From the IMG/VR virus record IMGVR_UViG_3300047463_000117, positions 1 through 36,636 of that record: 36,636 nt of DNA, one strand, 5' to 3'. The stretch is from a virus (Duplodnaviria; Caudoviricetes). The notes beneath the pieces were generated by a model. The model was not told the origin of the DNA, made no database searches, and saw nothing but the letters and a program-made list of their open reading frames with translations. Positions 16,601 to 25,568 of this stretch are shown here, piece after piece; positions within the stretch are counted from its first letter, which is position 1, and every line of letters starts with the position of its first letter. Made by a program: the position numbers and the translations under genes.

Positions 16601-17258
16601 CGAACGGCGTGAGCGGCATATCGCGGATGACGACATAGGCCAGCCCCCGAAAGCCTGGCGCATTCCCCGTACCCACATCCGCCTCGATCAGCGGATCAGC
16701 GGTCTGCGTTTCGCTGCCTTTGTAGAGGGTGAAGTTGATGGACGGCTGATTCAGGACCGGCGACGACTCATTCACCGCAAACAGCGACAGCACCCCGCCT
16801 AATTGGGTGTTCAGGTCGATGGTCGATCCGGGAATGGGATTGCCCGCGTCCCAGATGAGCCGATCTTCTGCCCAGATCCGCAGAATGCCGATAATGGAGT
16901 TTTGGCACAGCCCGACAGCGAATGTGGCGGAATAGGTATAGGTGACGCGGGTCACATCGCCCAGCACTTCTTCGTGCCGCGTTTCTTTAATTCCCGCACT
17001 ATCGGCCCAGATGACGTTGCCCGCCACCCGCATGGCCCCGTAGACCACGGGAATCGGTTGGCCGTAGGTCGAGGTCTGCACCCGCAAATCGGACAGGCGC
17101 GGGCCTTCTTCGGTGCGGCGAAGACCCGGCGTCTTAAACAGGAGACTACCGACCGCCGACCCGATCGAGAATCCCACCATGAAGCCGATGGGACTGTGCG
17201 TAATCAACGCCCCTAGAATACCGAGGCCAAGACTCAGCAGTGCGCTGCCCCAATTCAT
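13674..17258 (-). CDS. Central tail tip / host specificity protein (GTA megatron / gpJ-like)
   Basis: GPRLSDLRVQTSTYGQPIP, FRGLAYVV, LLRGRRGT, WIRRTR..W, E.YEVDI. Central region is beta-propeller-like. Confidence 0.9.
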   Translation of the reverse strand: MNWGSALLSLGLGILGALITHSPIGFMVGFSIGSAVGSLLFKTPGLRRTEEGPRLSDLRVQTSTYGQPIPVVYGAMRVAGNVIWADSAGIKETRHEEVLGDVTRVTYTYSATFAVGLCQNSIIGILRIWAEDRLIWDAGNPIPGSTIDLNTQLGGVLSLFAVNESSPVLNQPSINFTLYKGSETQTADPLIEADVGTGNAPGFRGLAYVVIRDMPLTPFGNRLPNLSFEVVSTGTYTRTCPVVSGGQANSSNPVIDPLSGLVWQPDYGEGKVRVVRPDTWAVVKTITGFPVNRLRQACYQPPFYMPHKNGLISDGNNEITLKRYPPRMWFGDDYSIYLGATVSAINTESYAQTDFNILDTSTAFAGWPGNVVTDLREWQWQEPNQLAQLLLGVLSPQFLTLVKTVDTLVGGDLLVPPGVIAFGSNAYPLMVKLPINFDDGSPSLYEKISWGSAGIPALGYTMQAALSREFLYVVDGYGVVQQIGQLVDGAVPSSLTKDTGYLGSASANRIAYDDYDHAVYVLVHKPSADSHVLRLDPTTLAVVWDRTYTNSASTGVKPKDLDVQVGSRDLWVACYDPGTGGTQWDRLDKATGATVEAFTISSALRPNSGLTRMVMYPNAPFACVTDTYGLVKVPIYPAPVNSGVPLSTIVSDLSVRAGLTTGDITVTALTDLVSGYALSQRAPVRGFIEPLQQAYFFDAVESDYKMTFVKRGGASILTLPYTDCAAHNVGDTMPASDAMSRQPNLELPNHLDVTFIDPAAWYNSATQYARRLIGNVQDKVTVELPIAMTPTKAKQVADVLLHNAWSERTTHTITTTRKYFQLDPTDVITFTDRRGASNVLRINKIDYQHPNLMKLTCVDEDPSVYAFTRTGVGSLSSDTGIQPSTLPALYLMDIPLLRDADDGDYGFYVAGEAGAAWKYSDLNQSQDGGVTYSTIKNLTYGAPAGRALNALDAPTNWETWDDASELYVILSSGFIFDAPSDLDVLNGANLLLVGDELIQYRRADYKGGGVYRLWRLLRGRRGTDWACPTHAVGDRVVVLNQNEATVTRYTGMLSTEVGDDYRYKLVPMGIDANFVQPVSLTCTAAALKPYAPVQVAGSRDGSNNLTITWIRRTRTGGDWADGGDVDLGETSEAYEVDIYKNGAVVRTISVTAQTASYTAANQVTDFGSAQSTVTIKVYQISSTVDRGFAATATV

Positions 17259-18116
17259 CTAGGCGGTCCTCAACGGCATAGCGAGTTCTTGTTTCTGCGG
17301 CACATACGGGAAGCCGCGAAAGTTCACCACGTTGTTGAACTTCGTCTTGCAGCCGTGCGTGCCGAGCAACGACTTGTCGCACCCGGCATACACGCTGTAG
17401 GTATCGCCCACGGCCACCGCAAACGGCATCGCCAGGACCAACTGGAACGCTCCGCCCGTTTGCACGTAGGCCGACACTTCCATTTTCAGGCCGTTGTTGA
17501 GCCCCGAAGTCCAGGTGAGCAGCCCCCCCGTGAATCGGTCCGTTGCTTCGGTGCGGCTACTATCGGCAAAGCTGCGGGGATTGGTGACGCTGGTGACGCT
17601 GCCCGTCACGGTATACGAGGCGAGCGTCACGCCGCAGCGGGTATCCCCCAGATCGGCTTGGCAGGCCGGTTGATACAGTTCGATGATCTTTTGTTGATAA
17701 AACTGCGCCAGCCCTCGAATCTCGCTCTCCCAGGTCGAGCGATTGGTGCGCTGCTCGCCAATGATGCCGCGCCCGATCTTCGCATCCCCCTGGCTCAGGT
17801 CGAGATAATTGACGACAAACACGTCAAACGTGGCATGGTCCCACTTGCCAGCGCGGATGTCGGCTTCGCTGAATCCCGTATCGGCCAGAATGCCTTCCAG
17901 TGACATCGTGTCCACATTTAAGGCCGAGGACACCGAGAGCGCACTGGGTAATCCGCTGTTGGCTGACGCATAGGTGACGCCGTTATAGGTCAGATCGGCG
18001 GCATGTGTGGTAAAGGCCAGGACCGTTCCATCCTTCGCCGTGACTTTCCAGCACAACGCCAGGGTCGTGACTTCAGCCCCGAGATGCGTTCGGAGGTTGC
18101 TGCTGATCGTTTTCAT
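17259..18116 (-). CDS. Baseplate hub protein, DUF2163/BR0599 family
   Basis: CQADLGDTRC, GCDK..C..KFNNVVNFRGFPYVP. Start MKTISS with ATGA overlap. Confidence 0.92.
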   Translation of the reverse strand: MKTISSNLRTHLGAEVTTLALCWKVTAKDGTVLAFTTHAADLTYNGVTYASANSGLPSALSVSSALNVDTMSLEGILADTGFSEADIRAGKWDHATFDVFVVNYLDLSQGDAKIGRGIIGEQRTNRSTWESEIRGLAQFYQQKIIELYQPACQADLGDTRCGVTLASYTVTGSVTSVTNPRSFADSSRTEATDRFTGGLLTWTSGLNNGLKMEVSAYVQTGGAFQLVLAMPFAVAVGDTYSVYAGCDKSLLGTHGCKTKFNNVVNFRGFPYVPQKQELAMPLRTA

Positions 18117-18934
18117 CGCAAGCCTACAATCGGCACGGACGGCCACTGCCCCGCATCCGGGGCCACCACTTCAAGCCCCATGTCGTCGGTATCAAATCGC
18201 GCCGGGACATCGAATTGTCCCGACCAGGTGAGCGTGTCAGCCGGTTGCGGATATTTCGAGGCCGTTCCGCCTGACGTATAGGTCGTATAGTTGGTCGTGT
18301 TCACGTTCAGCTTGAACTCGGTGTTGTCCACCTTTGTGATCGTGTAGAGCTTGTCGTTGACTTGCGTCATGCCGCCGCATCCGCTGATCCAGATTTTGTC
18401 GCCGGTCGAAAAGCCATGTGCGCCGTTGGTGACGACGTTGCCGGTGGAGTTTTTGAGAATGACCAGGATGCTGGCACTGCTGGATGCCGTGAGCGTGACA
18501 AGGCCGGTGGTGGTGTCCACCGTTGCGCTGGCCGAAACGCCGTTGAGTTTGAACGTGACCGCAGGACTGGCAATCGGCTTCGTGATGGTGCGCCAAAAGG
18601 TCTGACCGCTGAAGGTGTAACTCTTCTCTAATTGCACGGTAGCCGCGCCGGTCTGCCGCAAGGCTTGATCGGTTACTTGATAATCCGACCAGTCCTTCCA
18701 GCGGAAGCCATAGGCGCGGCCTTGTACCACGTTAAAGAACGCGAGCAGCTTGGCGTAGTCGGTCGCATTGCGAATCCCCGCTTGCGCGTTCCATTTACCT
18801 TTCGGCAAGGCCCAGGTGACGTTCCGCACTTCTTGACCGTTTTCCACTTGCGCGATGTCGGTCTTAAACTGCATCCCGCCCGTCACGCCGTAGGAAATAT
18901 CCGAGGGAAACTGAATTTCAAGAAAACTCGGCAT
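18113..18934 (-). CDS. Distal tail protein, DUF2460 family, with inserted beta domain
   Basis: F.EIQFP, GQEVRN..W, GRAYGFRWKDWSDY, FDVPARFDTD. Insert HGFSTGD.I.ISG..GMT resembles E1 FCCH-like domains. Confidence 0.9.
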   Translation of the reverse strand: MPSFLEIQFPSDISYGVTGGMQFKTDIAQVENGQEVRNVTWALPKGKWNAQAGIRNATDYAKLLAFFNVVQGRAYGFRWKDWSDYQVTDQALRQTGAATVQLEKSYTFSGQTFWRTITKPIASPAVTFKLNGVSASATVDTTTGLVTLTASSSASILVILKNSTGNVVTNGAHGFSTGDKIWISGCGGMTQVNDKLYTITKVDNTEFKLNVNTTNYTTYTSGGTASKYPQPADTLTWSGQFDVPARFDTDDMGLEVVAPDAGQWPSVPIVGLR

Positions 18935-18943
18935 AGTGGCCTC

Positions 18944-21157
18944 TTAAAGATTGCGCCGTGCCGCTCGCATCATTCCGGCAGAAAGTTCGGCCATGAGTTG
19001 TTCGCGGGATTGCCGGAAGCTGCTGGCATCCGGCGTCTGCACGGTCATATTGACGACGACGGGACGCTGCGCTGCGCCGCTCGTGGGAAGATCGCCTTGA
19101 TTGAGCCGGTGCAAGGCTTCGACCCCCCGGCGATTGACGACGAATTCCCCCGGCGTGAGTAAGGCCGGCACTGAATCGTTGTTGCTGTAGACTGGACCGC
19201 CAAACGCGAACCGTTGCACCGGGACCATTCCGCCGCGATTCATGGCATAGGCGGAACTGAAGCCGAAGAATTCCTTCGTGTTGTCCCACCAGCCGGTGTC
19301 CATCGTCGTGAAGAGACTCGTCCCGCCGCCGCCCCCAAAGGCTCCCGCTAGGCCCATGCCGCCCAATCCCGCCGCGCCGCCAAACGAATTGCCGATGAGC
19401 GCCGTCGTTGCCATTTGCGCCAGGATTTGTGCGACCATTTGCTGCACGAACCGGAATGCACTCGCAAACAGATCGGACAAGCTCCGCATCTTGCCTTGCA
19501 TAAAGTCGAAGAAGAGCGATTGAAAGGACGACTGCATCGCCTGGGCGGTCTGCCGCGCCGCGTTTTGCATCATGCCGAATGGCCCATTATCCTGCGCGAA
19601 TTTCCGCATCCCTTCCGTGAATCCTTCCCACATATCGCCGCCCAGTTCGCGCTTGTTCTGGATGGCCCGTTGCAGATATTTCAGTTCGATGGTTTCTTTT
19701 TCTTGAAGCGTCTTGTCGGTCCTCGCCAGAATGTCGTCCGCGAGTTGCTGGTCATGGTTCTGCCACGCCAGCAGCAGCCGTGCGGCTTGGCCTTCTTCGA
19801 GGTTCAGTTCTTTGGCAAGCTCGGCCCGCAATAAATCCTGTCGTGCTTCATACAACCCTTCCAGACTGCCCCCGACTTGCTCAAAGTAATTCACCCAGGC
19901 TTGCTTGTTGGCGATGAGGCCGTCCCGCTCGCGTGCCTGCGCCGCGTCGCGGATTTCGATTTCAACCTTCGTGTTTTCAACGATCGCTTTACCCTTGGCC
20001 TCTTGCGCCTGCTCATCGATCTGTTGCAGTTGCAATTGACGGTCAAGCATCAACAGGTATTCGTTCGCTTCTTCCCGAACCAGTTTATTGCGAATCTCAA
20101 TGGCGCGGTTTTGTGCGAGGTAGATCTCTAACAGGGCCTTCCCGAGCTTTTCCTGATCGGCAATAGTTTGGAATGCGGGCTTCGGCTCCGTCGTGCTGCC
20201 CGCAGGAGAAGCCATGACGCCGGACCCCGGCTTGCCTCCCAGGAGATCAAACCACCACTGTTCGCGTGGCGTCGTCCCCTCGCCTTTGCGATGACCAAAC
20301 CCGAGCGCGGTGAAGGCATCCATCAAGCCTTGCCCGATGGCGCTTTGCCCAAAGCTGTCGGACATATTCTTGAGGTTTTGGTTGACGTAGGACGTTTCCT
20401 GCGAGAGTTCACGGACCTTGAGCTTGACCTTATCAAAGATGTCCGCTGCGCCGAGCAACGCTTCAACCAGCGGCTGTCCCACGGCCAGCGTGAGCCCTTT
20501 GGTTTCCGCTTGCAGGCGCTTGAGTTCATCGTTGAACCGATTCGCGGATTCGGCGTCGTCTTTGGAGAGCACCAGGCCGAACCGCTCCGCTTCCTTCATT
20601 AAGTCGGTAATCCCCGCCTTGCCTTGATTCAGGAAGGGAATGAGTTCAAGACCCGCTTTCCCGAACAGCTTGACGGCCAATTCACTTTTCCCTGCTCCGT
20701 CCGCGTGCTTCTCAAAGGCGTCGGCCACCGAGAGCAACACTTGTTCAGTCGGCTTGAGCTTGCCGGTGCTATCCGTGACGGTGATATTCAACCGTCTGAA
20801 CAGCGCCTCGCCGTCGCCGGTGCGCTGTGCGGCCTCCACCATGTTTTGGGAGAGGGTCTTGAGTCCTCTGACAAAGGACTCATTCGACAAATCCGCCATT
20901 TTCGCGGCGTATTGAAGGCCGCTTAAGGCTTCAACATTGATGCCGACTTTCTGTGAGGTTTTGAGCAGTTCTTCGCCATAGTTCGCCGTGGACTTCGCCA
21001 CCGCAAACAAGGCAGACCCTGCGGCTACCAGTTGGGTTTGCCAGGAGCGGATGAAGCTGTTGAAGTCGCCCAGCAACCCTTGGGACTTTTTGAGTTCGCT
21101 TTTAAACTGATCCGCAACGAGCTTTAGGACGAGCGCCAGTTCTCTATTCTCAGCCAT
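18944..21157 (-). CDS. Tail tape measure protein
   Basis: 737 aa, helical and Ala/Leu/Gln rich. C-terminal FAFGG..DSVPALLTPGEFVV. Sits just before Dit. Confidence 0.93.
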   Translation of the reverse strand: MAENRELALVLKLVADQFKSELKKSQGLLGDFNSFIRSWQTQLVAAGSALFAVAKSTANYGEELLKTSQKVGINVEALSGLQYAAKMADLSNESFVRGLKTLSQNMVEAAQRTGDGEALFRRLNITVTDSTGKLKPTEQVLLSVADAFEKHADGAGKSELAVKLFGKAGLELIPFLNQGKAGITDLMKEAERFGLVLSKDDAESANRFNDELKRLQAETKGLTLAVGQPLVEALLGAADIFDKVKLKVRELSQETSYVNQNLKNMSDSFGQSAIGQGLMDAFTALGFGHRKGEGTTPREQWWFDLLGGKPGSGVMASPAGSTTEPKPAFQTIADQEKLGKALLEIYLAQNRAIEIRNKLVREEANEYLLMLDRQLQLQQIDEQAQEAKGKAIVENTKVEIEIRDAAQARERDGLIANKQAWVNYFEQVGGSLEGLYEARQDLLRAELAKELNLEEGQAARLLLAWQNHDQQLADDILARTDKTLQEKETIELKYLQRAIQNKRELGGDMWEGFTEGMRKFAQDNGPFGMMQNAARQTAQAMQSSFQSLFFDFMQGKMRSLSDLFASAFRFVQQMVAQILAQMATTALIGNSFGGAAGLGGMGLAGAFGGGGGTSLFTTMDTGWWDNTKEFFGFSSAYAMNRGGMVPVQRFAFGGPVYSNNDSVPALLTPGEFVVNRRGVEALHRLNQGDLPTSGAAQRPVVVNMTVQTPDASSFRQSREQLMAELSAGMMRAARRNL

Positions 21158-23882
21158 GTCCTACCCCCGTCAGTGTGGGTTGTCGTCCGGTGAGATCGTG
21201 CAGCGTCGGCACGCTGCCGAGCAGATCATTGCAGTGCGGTTGCGAGCCATGCACGGCGTCCATTGTCGCCACCGTGCCGCGTACCGCCGTGAGACCGGTC
21301 TGATAGCCGCGCACGTTGGATAGGCGCACGACTAAGCGAGTGGCGCGATAGGTAAAGCCCGATCCGGCCAGAATGATGCCGCCGCTGGCCTGTGCGTCTT
21401 TTTCTTTGGCGATTGCCGCCGCGCCTGCAAACAGCAACAGCCCGCCGCCGAGGTAGCTGTACTCCTTGATGACGGCGAGATCGGCGCTGCCAGCGAAAGA
21501 CAAGCCACCCGTGCCGGTGACGGCGTGCGTCCGGATCAGGTCTGCGCTGCCAGCCAGTTGAAGGTGGCCGCTGCCTTCGTAGGTATAAGTGACGCTGCCG
21601 ACAATATATTGGACCGATGCGGACCCGCCGAGATCGACGCCACCAGATGCGCTGTAGCTTTTCGTTTTCTGTGTGTCGGCGCTTCCCGCAAGGCCGATGC
21701 CGTTGGTCGCTTCGTAGACCTTCTCCGTGGCAACCGATGCGGTGCCGGTGAATATGATGGAACCTGACGCGGCGTAGGTCTTGTCGGTAGCGACTTCGGC
21801 AGTACCGGCCAGCGCGAATATGCCAGATCCGGCATAGGTGAACTCATTGGCTTCGCTGGTATCGGCAGACCCGCCGAGCGTGAGTCCACCACTGGCCGCG
21901 TAGGACCGTTCGACGGCGACTGATGCCGTTCCGCTGATAGCCAGACCGCCAGATCCATCGAACGCGTATTGATGCTGTTGCGCGGTGTCGGCAGATCCCG
22001 CGATGGTGACTGATCCGCTGCCGCTATAAACTTTCTCCGTGGCGATGCTTGCTGATCCCGAGAGCGTCAGGCCGTTGCTGGCAGTGTAGGATTTCGTGAG
22101 GCTGATCGACGCCGCACCAGAGAGCGCGAGGCTTCCAGATCCATCGTAGGCATAGACCTTGGTCGGTGATGTTTCCGCCGCGCCACTGATAGCAAGTCCA
22201 CCCGTGCTGGTGTAGGTGTAGACCGTCTCACGACTGATGTCGGCGGCACCCGCGAGCGATAGACCACCAGACGCATCATAGGTGCGAACCGTGAGCGGGC
22301 TGGTGTCGGCGGTGCCGGAGACCGTGAGTCCGCCGCTGCCAGTGGCGGCGTATTGATGGCTTTGCGCCGTGTCTGCGGCACCTGAAACCGCAAGTCCACC
22401 CGAAGCGGTGTAGTTGTAGACGGCTAGTCTGGATGTGTCGGCGGTGCCAGCCAGCGTGAGTCCACCCGTGCCGGTATAAGCGACGATGACAAGATGATTG
22501 GTCTCAGCGGTGCCAGATACGGATAGGCCCCCGCTTCCGCTGTAGCTGTATGCTGTGCTGTGCGCGGTGTCGGCGGTGCCAGCGATAGATAGGCCACCCG
22601 ATGCAACTGCTACCTTGGTCTTGGCAAGGTCGGCGCTTCCGCTGAACGAAATGCCACCGATGGCGATATATGTTTTGGACTTCGCAAGGTCGGCGCTGCC
22701 CGACAGACTGACACCGCCGCTACCAGCTACGGCTTTTTCTTTGACCAGTGCCGCCGATCCGCCGAGGGTGACCCCGCCCGATCCGGTCGCCGCTTTGGTT
22801 TTCGACAGGCTCACGCTTCCAGCAAGTGTCAACCCGCCCGTTGGCGCGTAGACTTTCTGCTTGGTCGCATCAGCCGTGCCACTGACCGTCAACCCGCCTG
22901 TTGGCGTATAGACCTTTTGCTTAACCAGCGCCGCCGATCCAGCCAGCGTCAATCCACCCGATACTGTGGCCGCTTTGGTTTTGGAAAGCGTGGCAGATCC
23001 GGCCAGGGTCAATCCGCCTGACGGCGCGTAGGTTTTCTGCTTGAGCGTGGTCGCTGTACCGCTGATGGCCAGCCCGCCACTTGGCGTGTACACCTTTTGC
23101 TTGAGCTTGGTGGCAGCACCGGCCAGCGTCAGCCCGCCGCTTCCGACATAGGTTTTTGTCGTGGCGACAGACGCAACGGTTGGCTCACTAATTGCTGCCG
23201 AGGCAATCGGGCCATGACCAAACCCAAAGCCAACGAGGGTGCTATAGCCTTGATAGGCCGTTGTTGCGGTGCCGGAAAGCGTGAGGCCACCCGAGGCAAC
23301 AGGCACCTTGACCTTGGCCGTGCCGCCCGTGCCGCTTAAGGTGATGCCGCCTGATACCGGCGCGACAAAGACGTAGGTAATCGAAAACGTCAGTTCGTCT
23401 TGATACAGCGTGACCGCTGCCGTGCTGCTGTTGCCGGTGGCGAGCGTGTTGCTGATGTCGATAGTGACGGACGTACTAGCAGGCAACGAGAGGCCGGTCT
23501 TGTTGACGCCGGTGGCGCTTGCATAACTGCCGGTCGCGGCGAACGTACTCGACGAGACGAGCGTGGCCGAGTTGCCGGTCCATGACATCGTGACCGGACC
23601 CTGCGTGCTGCTCGCGCCAGTCGTGTATTCGCTGCATCGCCACGTATAGCTTCCGCTGCTTATATCGGTCACTACCGCGTTGGCCGGTACACCCATGTCG
23701 GCAAACGTGAGGGTGCGGGACCATTTGTTCGTGTCGGTTTTGCTACGGCCCAGGATGCGGCTTTTCAACGCACCAGCGGGATTGCCGTTGGCGGAATCGT
23801 AGGAGAGCGTGGAGTTCGCGCCAGCCGTGGCGGTAAACGACTCGGCGGTGGTCGCAAAACTGTAGGTGACGGTTAAGGCCAT
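21150..23882 (-). CDS. 910-aa Gly/Ser/Thr/Ala repeat structural protein (~31 x SGGLTLxGxA)
   Basis: N-terminal ~170-aa beta domain, then 20-22-aa repeats, then about six 10-aa repeats at the C-terminus. Confidence 0.8.
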   Translation of the reverse strand: MALTVTYSFATTAESFTATAGANSTLSYDSANGNPAGALKSRILGRSKTDTNKWSRTLTFADMGVPANAVVTDISSGSYTWRCSEYTTGASSTQGPVTMSWTGNSATLVSSSTFAATGSYASATGVNKTGLSLPASTSVTIDISNTLATGNSSTAAVTLYQDELTFSITYVFVAPVSGGITLSGTGGTAKVKVPVASGGLTLSGTATTAYQGYSTLVGFGFGHGPIASAAISEPTVASVATTKTYVGSGGLTLAGAATKLKQKVYTPSGGLAISGTATTLKQKTYAPSGGLTLAGSATLSKTKAATVSGGLTLAGSAALVKQKVYTPTGGLTVSGTADATKQKVYAPTGGLTLAGSVSLSKTKAATGSGGVTLGGSAALVKEKAVAGSGGVSLSGSADLAKSKTYIAIGGISFSGSADLAKTKVAVASGGLSIAGTADTAHSTAYSYSGSGGLSVSGTAETNHLVIVAYTGTGGLTLAGTADTSRLAVYNYTASGGLAVSGAADTAQSHQYAATGSGGLTVSGTADTSPLTVRTYDASGGLSLAGAADISRETVYTYTSTGGLAISGAAETSPTKVYAYDGSGSLALSGAASISLTKSYTASNGLTLSGSASIATEKVYSGSGSVTIAGSADTAQQHQYAFDGSGGLAISGTASVAVERSYAASGGLTLGGSADTSEANEFTYAGSGIFALAGTAEVATDKTYAASGSIIFTGTASVATEKVYEATNGIGLAGSADTQKTKSYSASGGVDLGGSASVQYIVGSVTYTYEGSGHLQLAGSADLIRTHAVTGTGGLSFAGSADLAVIKEYSYLGGGLLLFAGAAAIAKEKDAQASGGIILAGSGFTYRATRLVVRLSNVRGYQTGLTAVRGTVATMDAVHGSQPHCNDLLGSVPTLHDLTGRQPTLTGVGHG

Positions 23883-23885
23883 GAA

Positions 23886-24335
23886 TTACAGCAGCGGGTT
23901 TGGACCTAGAATTGACGGCCACACTTGCTTCAGTTCATCGACGGTCTGCGCGGCGGCAATCCCAGGATAAGCCGTCACATCGCGGAGGGCTTGTTTCTTC
24001 GCGGAGATTTGCGCCTTGCTTGCCGCATTGCCTGCTTCATCGGCTCGCATGTATTGCGTGTCTAGATCAGCCAGGAGGGGGGTTCTTGCGCGGCGCATGT
24101 AGTCTTTGTGGATCTCCCGCGCTTTCGTCATATCGTGGCTGATGCTGCAACCGGCCAAATCCGCAACCCAGGCGTTGCGGTAGGTGCGGTCATGGGGGAT
24201 GACGGACATATTGACAATTAGGTAAGGCGTGTCTTGCGGGACATCCTTGGCTGCGATTTGGTCGATGGGCAAGCCGCTCGGGACAACAACAGCCATCCCG
24301 CCATCAGGTGTTGAGTAAACGATACGCTGGTCCAT
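23886..24335 (-). CDS. Tail fibre assembly chaperone-like protein
   Basis: DRTYRNAW, R.R.PLL..LD and KQALRDVT motifs. Directly downstream of the fibre gene. Confidence 0.75.
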   Translation of the reverse strand: MDQRIVYSTPDGGMAVVVPSGLPIDQIAAKDVPQDTPYLIVNMSVIPHDRTYRNAWVADLAGCSISHDMTKAREIHKDYMRRARTPLLADLDTQYMRADEAGNAASKAQISAKKQALRDVTAYPGIAAAQTVDELKQVWPSILGPNPLL

Positions 24336-24363
24336 TAGTTTGATTCCTTGTGAAACTTTTTGT

Positions 24364-25440
24364 TTAACGGAAAATACTTACACTTATGGCACTAACGTCG
24401 TAATTGGAGTTATTGTTATAAGTTCCCGTCGTTGTAATTCTTAAACTCCCACTAGAGTATGTATTTGCAATAACTATAGCCGGGCGGCTTGTGTCGGCCG
24501 TTGCAGTGTTTGTCAGGCCAAATGCAGAATAGTTCGCATCAGCCAGGGCATTCGTGAAGTTGACGGTATAGTCGCCAGTGCCGTTATCGGTAATCGAACT
24601 CACGTTGAAATCAGCGTTAATTGCAACAGTTCCCGTCCCGTTAAATTTGACCCAGGCCCGACAAGTCGTGCCGTATTCTGTGCCAGATGAGTTCGCCAAC
24701 GTCGGCGGGGCTGTAGCAGACGCCGACTTGATCGTGGCGATGGTCGGAGTCGTGAGGGTTGGAGAGGTTCCAAACACCAGTGATCCGCTGCCGGTTTCGT
24801 CCGTCACGGCGGAAATCAAATTGGCTGACGACGGTGTTGCCAAAAACGTCGCGACGCCGGTCCCGAGGCCACTGACGCCGGTTGAGATGGGAAGGCCGGT
24901 GCAGTTGGTGAGCGTCCCAGATGTGGGTGTTCCCAGGATGGGAGTCACCAGTGTCGGACTAGTCGCTAAAGCATTTGCACCGCTGCCAGTACTTGTCGTG
25001 ACGCCCGTTCCACCGTTTGCCACTGGCAACGTACCCGTGACGCCAGTTGTGAGCGGCAGACCCGTACAGTTGGTGAGCGTCCCTGATGCCGGTGTCCCAA
25101 GGACCGCGTTGCCGCTGGCATCGTCCAGTACGGCGCGATCCGCCGCCATCGTACAGAACACGTCTTTGGTGCCTGCTGAGAAGTTCACGGCGGCATTGGC
25201 GTTGCTGCTAGCCAGAATCGTTGTGCGCGACAATGTATCCGTCGCCGCGTCCGTCACCGTGCCGACACCGATTTCCCACTCTGCGAGCGTTTGATGGACG
25301 ATGGCATAGACCGTCGTGTTGCCGTTACCGATACCGCTAACAAATGTGCGGAATCCTGACGTAGCACCGGCTAGCGATATCGTGCCGGTGCCCGTGGTGG
25401 TGGATGTTTCCTTGACGCGATCTGCGTAGACGTGCGCCAT
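24364..25440 (-). CDS. Fibre protein (ADRVKET-type N-terminus, internal repeat, RAWVxF tip domain)
   Basis: MAHVYADRVKETSTTTGTG, two copies of GTPxSGTLTNCTGLP, TGTLPVANGGTG, C-terminal RAWVKFNG..NVSSITDNGTGDYTVNF. Confidence 0.8.
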   Translation of the reverse strand: MAHVYADRVKETSTTTGTGTISLAGATSGFRTFVSGIGNGNTTVYAIVHQTLAEWEIGVGTVTDAATDTLSRTTILASSNANAAVNFSAGTKDVFCTMAADRAVLDDASGNAVLGTPASGTLTNCTGLPLTTGVTGTLPVANGGTGVTTSTGSGANALATSPTLVTPILGTPTSGTLTNCTGLPISTGVSGLGTGVATFLATPSSANLISAVTDETGSGSLVFGTSPTLTTPTIATIKSASATAPPTLANSSGTEYGTTCRAWVKFNGTGTVAINADFNVSSITDNGTGDYTVNFTNALADANYSAFGLTNTATADTSRPAIVIANTYSSGSLRITTTGTYNNNSNYDVSAISVSIFR

Positions 25441-25568
25441 GTGTTAATGCTCCGCTAAAGTGTGCGGCAGAACCGCGTGGGAGTCTCGGCGCGGAGCAGG
25501 AACTTGCAGAACGGTTCCGCGCCGGGACTGATGGTTCGCTGCCTCATAACGTATTGATGCCGCTCAAT

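Noticed and set aside
12958-18934. Gene transfer agent cluster
   Set aside because: The tail tip is GTA-like, but integrase, attP, replication genes and cos-type packaging indicate a true temperate phage.
24364-24660. Diversity-generating retroelement target
   Set aside because: No reverse transcriptase gene and no second copy of the region were seen in the window.
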